NCBI GenBank assembly: GCA_964016885.1
Contig: OZ024749.1
Span: 22,320,001 to 22,384,000, forward strand
Direction of reading: 5' to 3'
Length of the DNA: 64,000 nt
From: Eledone cirrhosa
Lineage: Eukaryota
Shown here: positions 54,401-64,000 of the stretch, one piece after another
Layout: each line of letters starts with the position of its first letter
Numbering within the stretch: the stretch's first letter is position 1
Program-made: the position numbers and the translations under genes
The notes under the pieces: model-generated
The model's input: only the letters and a program-made list of their open reading frames with translations
Database searches by the model: none
What the model was told of the DNA's origin: nothing

Positions 54401-54815
54401 AGTGAGTAAATAAAATGCAGGAAATAGAAGAAGAACAATAATAGACTGAAACCAAATTAGAAGAGGGGAATTAACTCAGAGGCGAACATGGAACTCTACA
54501 CTATATATGCAGAATATGTGTATCTTTGTGTGTGTGTGTGTGTGTGATAATGTATGTATGCGGATTCATATGTAAGTGCGAGTGTATTTATGTATGTATG
54601 TATGTATCTATATCAGTGTATGCATGTATACATGTATGTGTATATGTATGTCTGTCTGTATCTATGTATATATGTATGTATGTGTATATGTATGCACGTA
54701 TTTATGTATGTATGTATTTATGTATGTATGTATGTATGTATGTATATATGTATGTACGTGTGTGTCTGTGTGCAAATGTATATAGTGCATGTTATATATA
54801 TATATATATATATAT

Positions 54816-54978
54816 ATATGAATAAAGTTAGTCCTTCATCAGTGATCTTCCAACCATCATTGGTATTTCATCGCTTTAAAGCGATGAAATACCAATGATG
54901 GTTGGAAGATCACTGATGAAGGACTAACTTTATTCATATGTAACCCATTAGCAACCACGCAGCACGTTTATTCTCATA
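54816..54978 (+). mobile_element. Fold-back copy of the permuted-hammerhead element end; 124 bp perfect palindrome (54816-54939)
   Basis: Centre ttt|aaa at 54877/54878; the right arm aligns to the minus strand of 55005-55096. Confidence 0.85.
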
Positions 54979-54990
54979 TATATATATATA

Positions 54991-55987
54991 TGTAAATATG
55001 ATAATAAAGGAACTGCGGCGTTGCAAATGGGATACATATGAAAAAGTGAGTCCTTCATCAGTGACTCTCCAACCGTCCTAGGCATTTCATCGCTTTAAGG
55101 GCCATATGCCTCAGGTTGGTGCGAACAACGGCTAACAAAAGTCGTTGGGACACGTAAACACAGGGGACGCCAGGGTAACAACAAAAAAGTTTAAGCAACG
55201 GAAAGTGAGAAGAAATAGACAAGTCCCAGATCTCTATGGATATAAACTCGGTGAAATCTTGAACAAGAGACAAAAGACCATCAAACCTGGTTGAAATGTG
55301 AGCAAGGAAAGAATTTCGCCCAAGTTTGACGGGGGGGGGGGAAAAGAGAGATAGAAAGGAGAGAAGAAGAAGAAGAAGAAGAAGAAGAAGAAGAAGAAGA
55401 AGAAGAAGAAGAAGAAGAAGAAGATAAAGGGGTCTGGTCTACGAATTCGGTAAACGTAAGTTTTGTGAAGTCGCAGACGAAAGAGAGAGAGAAAAAAAAT
55501 TCCATACCAGCTTGGTCAAGACCGCGCGAGAAAAGAATTACACACAGGTCAAACTTGAAGGAGGAGGAGGAAAGAGGAGGAGGAGAGGTAGTGACAGAGA
55601 ATGAGTGAGTGAAAGTTGAGGAGGAGGCTAACAGAGAGAGAGACTGCTAGAAAGGGTAAAGATACAAGGAACGAAACAGACGAGGCAGCATGGAAAAAAT
55701 ATATGTGTAAATATGATAATAATGAAGCTGCGGCGTTGCAAATGGGATACATATGAAAAAGTGAGTCCTTCATCAGTGACCCTCCAACCGTCCTAGGCAT
55801 TTCATCGCTTTAGGGGCCATATGCCTCAGGTTGGTGCGAACAACGGCTAAAAAAAGTCGTTGGGACACGTAGACAAAGGGGACGCCAGGGTAACAACAAA
55901 AAAGTTTAAGCAACGGAAAGTGAGAATAAATAGACAAGTCCCAGATCTCTATGAATATAAACTCGGTAAAATCTTGAACAAGAGACA
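54991..55987 (-). mobile_element. Non-coding, terminally redundant retrozyme-like element, 715 bp unit, with two permuted hammerheads
   Basis: About 282 bp direct repeats at 54991-55272 and 55706-55987; ribozyme motifs at 55050-55119 and 55765-55834. Confidence 0.8.
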
Positions 55988-56027
55988 TATACATATATAT
56001 GTGAAGTTTTGCATACATTATACATAC

Positions 56028-56640
56028 ATATGTGAAAAAATGGGGAGAAGAATACTGCAGGTTGCACATAGATAACATGTAATAAAATGAGTCCCTCATC
56101 AGTCATTTGCCGACGATCATAGATATTTCATTGCATTAAAAATCATATACCTCACGTCGGAGCAATAATAATTAAATTAAGTTATTAGGACAATTAAAAC
56201 GCGTAAAGCGAGTGAGACAAGATAACAACAAAGAGGAGAGCTAACCGTAGAGAGGAAGGGAACAAGCTACATAGTTATACTGTTAGCATAAGCTAGGTGA
56301 ATATATGAGCGCTTAGAAAAAAGACCTTTCGAGTTGAATCCAAATGTGAGAAAGAGAGAAAATGTTTTCGTCGCGAACGGGGTGAAGTGAGAAGGGGAGA
56401 AACAGTTAGTGAGTGAGTGGAAGTGTGAGGAAGAGTTAACTGACATGACAGAGGGGGCGAAGGAAGAGTTAACTGACATGACAGAGGGAGCGAAAGAAAG
56501 TAGGAGAAACAGAGAGAACGAGGGAGCAGTAAGAGAGAGAGTGAGAAAAAAAACAGAATCGCAGTTTAGGTAAATATATGTGAAAAAATGGGGAGAAGAA
56601 TACTGCAGGTTGCACATGGATAACATGTAATAAAATGAGT
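56028..56640 (-). mobile_element. Diverged relative, 548 bp unit, with permuted hammerhead at 56091-56160
   Basis: 65 bp direct repeats at 56028-56092 and 56576-56640. Confidence 0.75.
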
Positions 56641-56647
56641 ATACCTA

Positions 56648-56736
<89 letters not shown>

Positions 56737-56814
56737 TTGTGTGTATGTGTGCTTATATGAGTTTTATGTATATATATGTATATATATATATACATATATA
56801 TATATATGTATATA

Positions 56815-56913
<99 letters not shown>

Positions 56914-56954
56914 CACACACACACATATATATATATGTATATATATATATATGT

Positions 56955-57453
56955 GTGGTACTCAATACATTGGTAGAGTTTAGACATCTATATTACAAAT
57001 ATACGAATTACTTCTACAAGACTAGAATTGCTCGAAATGCTTTTAATTAAGCATACAGTGTATTGCAATATACACTATATTTACATTCATATATATATAT
57101 ATCGCTATTTCAGAGCACCAATTCTAATTTTCAATTTCTGCTTGACCGGCAACTGCTCTGTATAATCAGTTCCTGATTATTACTAGAATTCTATAAGAAT
57201 CAAACATTCATGATTTTCAGCAAACAGGTGGAATACTTAGCTTTGATAAGTACCAAAAAGTACGAAACAGAGCTCTGTCAGCTTTATCTCCCCTGTTAGC
57301 TAAAAATTTAAAGTAAGTGAGACTGTCACATTTGTAAGTGAGACTGTCACTTACAAATATACGAATTACTTCTACAAGACTAGAATTGCTCGAAATGCTT
57401 TTAATTAAGCATACAGTGTATTGCAAAATACACTATATTTACATTCATATATA
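56955..57453 (-). mobile_element. Terminally redundant non-coding element, 358 bp unit
   Basis: About 100 bp direct repeats at 56993-57095 and 57351-57453; shares ttctagtcttgtagaa and gtattgagtac with the 13140/35108 family. Confidence 0.7.
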
Positions 57454-57805
57454 TGTATATATATATATATAACGAAGGAGTTGTGGTAAGGAACTAGATG
57501 GACCATAACGCAACAAAGTACTCAATACTTAGGGTAGTAGAGTGGGTAATAGGAAAAAGTATGACCCCAACAGCAGAACTCAAGCCGTTTCGACGGCTAT
57601 TTCTGTCCAGAAATAGCCGTCGAAATGGCTTGAGCCCTGCCATCGGGGTCATACTTTTTCCTATGTATATATATATAAACGGAAAAAATTAAACGAAATT
57701 TCATTTCCTACTCTTAGTACGGCTGTTACTTAAATATATGTATACAGACGTACAGTAGTATGTATATATATATACATACATGCACACATATATATATATA
57801 TGTAC

Positions 57806-58120
57806 GTATGGATTCACAAAATATTTATTATAATGCTCGGTGTGTTTGTAAACAAACATCCCGTATTAAGCCACTCGATATGCAAATTGGGCTACTCAGC
57901 CGTTAATATGCATGAGGAAAGTATATACTTTCAGACGTTCAAAAATCTGTCAGGAAGGTATACGTTGCTGACGATAGCTAACAAGCTTGAAACTAGTACA
58001 GCATTCCTTTGTCAGTGTTGAACAAACGAGCAACGGCGGTTGCCAGACACTATGGCTCAATACGGGATGTTTGTTTACAAACACATCGAGCATTATAATA
58101 AATGTTCGGTGAATCCATAC

Positions 58121-58125
<5 letters not shown>
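57806..58125 (+). mobile_element. PLE-type end with 68 bp inverted arms and an intact minimal hammerhead (57955-58009)
   Basis: GTTG-CTGACGA-T-AGCT(AACA)AGCT-T-GAAA-CTAG-TA-CAGC; arms 57806-57873 and 58053-58120. Confidence 0.85.
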
Positions 58126-58151
<26 letters not shown>

Positions 58152-58263
58152 CGCGTGTGTGCGTGTGAAATATTTCCGTAGAAAAGGTAAAGGAAATAAA
58201 AATGCTCTATGTATTGTACAGAGCTATTTAATTACATAAAAAAACTATAGAATATGATTCTTC

Positions 58264-58314
<51 letters not shown>

Positions 58315-58536
58315 TATATATAATGTTGCTACAAGCTGCTCCGTCGGTTTCGACGATGAGCATGTAACTTCCTGAACTAAAATCCAAGTGGAGGTGGTGT
58401 ATATTACAATAATATTTGTACCAGGGACCCTCTATGTAATATCTCCAAGCTTAGTTTCTTAAGTAACACAGTGCAGAAGAGACGGCTGTGTAAATATACT
58501 AAATAGATAGAACAGGATATGATAATTGTAGTAGAA

Positions 58537-58648
<112 letters not shown>

Positions 58649-58653
58649 GCATA

Positions 58654-58715
<62 letters not shown>

Positions 58716-58782
58716 CACACACATATATACATATATATATGTATATATATGTATATATATGTATATATACACACACACATAT

Positions 58783-58848
<66 letters not shown>

Positions 58849-58957
58849 ATATATATATATATATTTGTGTATATATATATACGTATATATATGTATGTAT
58901 ATATATATGTATGTAAATATATATGTATGTATATATATATGTATGTATATATATATG

Positions 58958-59004
<47 letters not shown>

Positions 59005-59017
59005 GTACATATATATG

Positions 59018-59053
<36 letters not shown>

Positions 59054-59236
59054 CGTATGTATACGTATATAGATATCTATATATACGTTTGTCTGTGTAT
59101 TTGTACAGGTGTACGTGCGTGCGATTGTGTAGGTGCAGGTTTGTATGGAGCAACGCACTGCAATCCAGTCATATCGACAACTCTAAAAAATACACACAAG
59201 CACATACAAACATGTACACACATACACACATATACA

Positions 59237-59313
<77 letters not shown>

Positions 59314-59790
59314 TAATAAATGAACAGAGAACAAAAAACAGAGAGGCAGTATAAATGATATTAGTATTAGTTTCACGCTTGAGAGTGGGGTTGGGGGCAA
59401 TATATATGTATATATATATATACACACACATATATATATAGCTACGCTATGACATAGTTTAACGATGTAAAAGGAAACCACTAGTAAATATAATCATTTC
59501 TTCAACTTTATAGATGGCGGACGAGTAAATCTCAAAGTAACGTCAGCCATTTCCATTCTATAGAAGCTAACCTTATTAACATACATCCACTTATATATAT
59601 ATATACATATACATACATAGACACACATACACACACACACACATACATATATATGGATATATATATATTTATATATATATGTATTTATATGTATATATTT
59701 ATATATATATACACACACACACATATTTTACACATATATATATATATACATATATGTATATATGCATATATATATGTATATATATATATG

Positions 59791-59894
<104 letters not shown>

Positions 59895-60338
59895 AACACA
59901 CACACACACAGATACACACACGCATATATATAATCGCCCACACATAGCACCTGCCTAGGGAAGATATTTGCTTATTTACTAGGAAACTAATCACGTTGAC
60001 CCAGTTTCTCTGCTCACTTTAGTAATTTAATAAGAGTTTTAGACAGAATGACGTCACACAACAATCCTCCACGATTCCTTCTGAAACGTTTTCTCAATTT
60101 CCAGTCGCCCAACGGCCCTCGCTCTCCCTCTTTCTTTCTCGCCTTACCTTTCTTTAAACTTATTCTTTCACACGCTGTACACACATACTCGCATGCCTAT
60201 ATACTTACGTCTAAAATGCACACCACACGCGCATAAATCCATTCACACACACACACATATATATATACTCTACTACACTAAGTATTGAGTACTATGGTGC
60301 TTTATGGTCCATCTGGTTCCTTGCCACATTTCCTTCGT

Positions 60339-60370
<32 letters not shown>

Positions 60371-60526
60371 CGAAACATAAGTCAATTGCATGAACTCATA
60401 ATCCTTTATTTACTGCTATATATATTTCGATGATAGCCATTGAATGGCTATGACCACATTATGCAGTTTGTCAGTTCTTAGATATGCCAGCTCTGTGTTT
60501 ATGGTGTTGATGGTATCAGAGCCTTG

Positions 60527-60588
<62 letters not shown>

Positions 60589-60596
60589 CTATATAC

Positions 60597-60677
<81 letters not shown>

Positions 60678-60718
60678 CATACATATATATATACATATAT
60701 ATATATATATCTATATAC

Positions 60719-60787
<69 letters not shown>

Positions 60788-60872
60788 CATATATATACAT
60801 ATATATATATAAATACATATATATATATACATATATATATATACATATATATATATACATATATATATATAC

Positions 60873-60911
<39 letters not shown>

Positions 60912-60916
60912 AATAC

Positions 60917-60973
<57 letters not shown>

Positions 60974-61204
60974 CATATATATATATACATATATATATAT
61001 ATAGGAACGAGTAGGACCCCGACGGCTGAGCTCAAGCCGTTTCGACGGCAATTCTGCATTAAAATTAGTCCAGAATTAGCCGTCGAAACGGCTTGAGCTC
61101 AGCCGTCGGGGTCCGACTCGTTCCTATTACCCACTCTACTACCCTAAGTATTGAGTACTTTGGTGCGTTATGGTCCACCTGGTTCCTTACCACATTTCCT
61201 CCGT

Positions 61205-61235
<31 letters not shown>

Positions 61236-61302
61236 ATATTATATGTATAATATATATATATGTATATCTATATATGTAAATGCATATATATGTATTATAA
61301 AA

Positions 61303-61400
<98 letters not shown>

Positions 61401-61630
61401 GTGTGTGTATATGTATGTATATATATGTATATATTTGTACGTATGTATATATATATATATATAGATGCATATATGTATATGTGTATATATATATTATATA
61501 TATATGTTGATAATTTGAAAGTCAGAAAGGGAGAGACCAATACATAGTCGCCAAGATAACGGATCTTATAACATAAATTGTTGGTAGTTATAGCTTCCAA
61601 ATGTATCTACTCACGCACTCGTACACACAC

Positions 61631-61662
<32 letters not shown>

Positions 61663-62261
61663 TGCACACATACACAGACACACATATATACACACACACA
61701 TATATATGTATATAAATATATACACACACATATATATATATGTATGTATATATATATGTACAAAATAATCATTGATATACATAAACATATATATATATAT
61801 GTATATATACATATATAGTTAAAAGAATAGAGGTGTAACACACAAGTTATTATATATTGGTAAACGGAATAGAAAATGCTGACAAATTGTTCACAGTTGA
61901 AAAATAGTTTAATTAGGAATAAAAGAGTATTAGTGATTGTATGGGTTAGTATTCAGTTGTGGTTTTAAGTTTTTAAGTTTTTACCGGTTGCGCATTTCTA
62001 AATGCTTTTCAAAAATAATTTTGAGATAGAGTGTCCGTGCTGTTTGCTCTGATCTGATTAGTTTTGGGAATTCTACCTGTTTTTATGTTAAAAAAGTGGC
62101 TCCAATTTGCAAAAATTCTTGTGGTCAAAACAATTTTGATTGGTCGGTAGAGGTCATGTGAATAAAAAATTGGTTTATGTTGGTTCTATACCAACACCTC
62201 AGTATGCAGGCTGGAGCACTCGACGAAGTGCGCAGGTTGGTTTGGTTACTCCGGAGTAATG

Positions 62262-62853
62262 TATAATAAAGTTAAATAAAAAGTCAAATGTTTAAAATTT
62301 AGCTTCGTTTCTTACTGCTATATATATTTCAGTGACGGCCATCTTTGGCTGTGACCTCTTCAGGCAGTTTGAATTAGTTAACATAGCAAATACAAACACT
62401 ACAGGGAGCCTCACCCCAGAAAGAATTCTATAGACTTCTGACTGAGGAATGCGCTCAGAACTGACCAATGGGAAGTTTGACACCTTTTTGTTATTTTGTT
62501 CCTTTAACACCTTGTCCCCTCTACCATTTTATCAATTTTATCAACAATAACAACACTTAGAATGAGAAATGTTCTAATAACTGACCAATGAGACGAGAAG
62601 AGGCCCTTTGACACTGAAATTCGTTTGTTTGAATTCATATGATTCCAGTTCCTCAGTGAAATAACAACCCAACCAGGAACTGAGCATATCAGAGTATTGA
62701 CAATATTATATACCTAAACAACATATGTACTTGTCTATATCATACTAATTCAATCTGCCTGAAGAGGTCACAGCCAAAGATGGCTGTCACTGAAATATAT
62801 ATAGTAGTAATAAACGAAGCTAAATTTTAAACATTTGACTTTTTATTTAACTT

Positions 62854-62860
<7 letters not shown>
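62262..62860. mobile_element. PLE-type inverted pair of about 117 bp arms, each with an intact hammerhead
   Basis: CTGC-CTGAAGA-GGTCACAGCC(AAAGAT)GGCTGTCACT-GAAA-TATATA-TA-GYAG at 62755-62807 (+) and 62314-62368 (-). Confidence 0.88.
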
Positions 62861-62900
<40 letters not shown>

Positions 62901-63218
62901 AAAGGTAAACAGAAATCACAACACAATCAGTACAGTATATGGAAGGAATATATTAGGTTAACGCTTGAAATAACAGGAAGAGGGTTTTAACGATTCAGAC
63001 GCTAGTCCTTCATCAATAAGATAGATTGAAGGGACGGGCAATATACATATATATATATATATATATATAAACATAAAATTCTGCATCCCTAGGAAGATCT
63101 AATACGATCGAAACATGATCGTTGCTTTCATATGTCTGCTCTGTATATATTTTCCACAACCATTTGTCCTGACTAATGGTATTTCAATCATCCCACTCAT
63201 GTTATTGTTTTTACATTG

Positions 63219-63315
<97 letters not shown>

Positions 63316-63521
63316 ATTCAAAATGATAGGTGCTCTACTAGTATCACTATTCCCTCCTGAAGAGGGCATTGAGCTTAACTTATCTTACCAATGAAAATAG
63401 TGAACTAGTACACTATAGCCTCATATTATATATATCTTTCTATACTATATAATATATAATATATAATATATACACACACACACATATATATATATGTGTA
63501 TAAACAAAAAAAAAATATATA

Positions 63522-63692
63522 TAGGTAAAATCCCGTTATATATAAACCATTATAACGAACTTTTCAATATAACGAAATTTTTTCAATCCCCGGCAACACG
63601 TTCGATGTGTTAGGTGGATCTCGTTATAAAGAATTTTTCGTTACAAAGAAGTTTTTTATACCCCGTGAATTTCGTTATAACGAAATATTATA
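63522..63692. mobile_element. Degenerate pogo/Tigger-like MITE
   Basis: gtaaaatcccgttata start, with repeated cgttataacgaa / ttcgttataacg subterminal motifs and TA flanks. Confidence 0.55.
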
Positions 63693-64000
63693 TATATATA
63701 TGGTGGCTGCCAACTCGTTTTCGAGTACGGCCACTACTTTATATCCATGTAGGAGAACCCCTACCGATGCGCTGAACGAGTGTGACTTTTTAGTCCAGCC
63801 AGCGACTTGAAAACTCTGGTACAAACACTACACTCTTGACAATGCTGTGGATGCTGTCAATGCTTGACAGTGCTGGGCCCATGGTAACATGTGACGACAA
63901 GTGCAGAGAGATCTCCAGATATAAAGCAATGTCTGTGCCGTGAAGCTTTTATAGTGAGCAAAGGCACTGCACAAAGCCAGTACCACTCTCTTAACCAAGA

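Noticed and set aside
63085-63126. GATC/GATC-GAAAC..GTT half hammerhead
   Set aside because: The core is degenerate (CTAGGAA) and there is no stem I.
63340-63420. CTGAAGA...GAAA hammerhead-like spacing
   Set aside because: Stems I and III cannot be formed in register; it is better explained as a simple imperfect hairpin.

Overview
AT-rich, microsatellite-saturated animal DNA. The SINE types and repeat landscape suggest a cephalopod such as Octopus (inference). No host gene could be supported, and almost all listed ORFs are translations of simple repeats. Recognisable mobile elements: a near full-length Tx1/L1-type LINE (5880-11925, -), a decayed relative (15762-20300, +) and an internally deleted derivative; an RTE LINE (42545-45110, -); Penelope-like (PLE) RT/GIY-YIG fragments; an R4/Dong-type fragment; many tRNA-derived SINEs; and minisatellites. 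The main unexplained signal lies in the short 'unique' islands between (TA)n tracts. They are structured-RNA retroelement ends carrying (i) over 15 type I hammerhead ribozyme (HHR) motifs of diverse sequence, most with palindromic stem III, (ii) non-coding, terminally redundant 548-792 bp units containing a non-circularly permuted (pseudoknotted) hammerhead with covarying stems, (iii) a shared ACUC/UU-bulge/GAGU hairpin near the 3' end of several unrelated families, and (iv) many fold-back inversions whose junctions fall inside the ribozymes. All folds were read by eye and none has been computed or tested.
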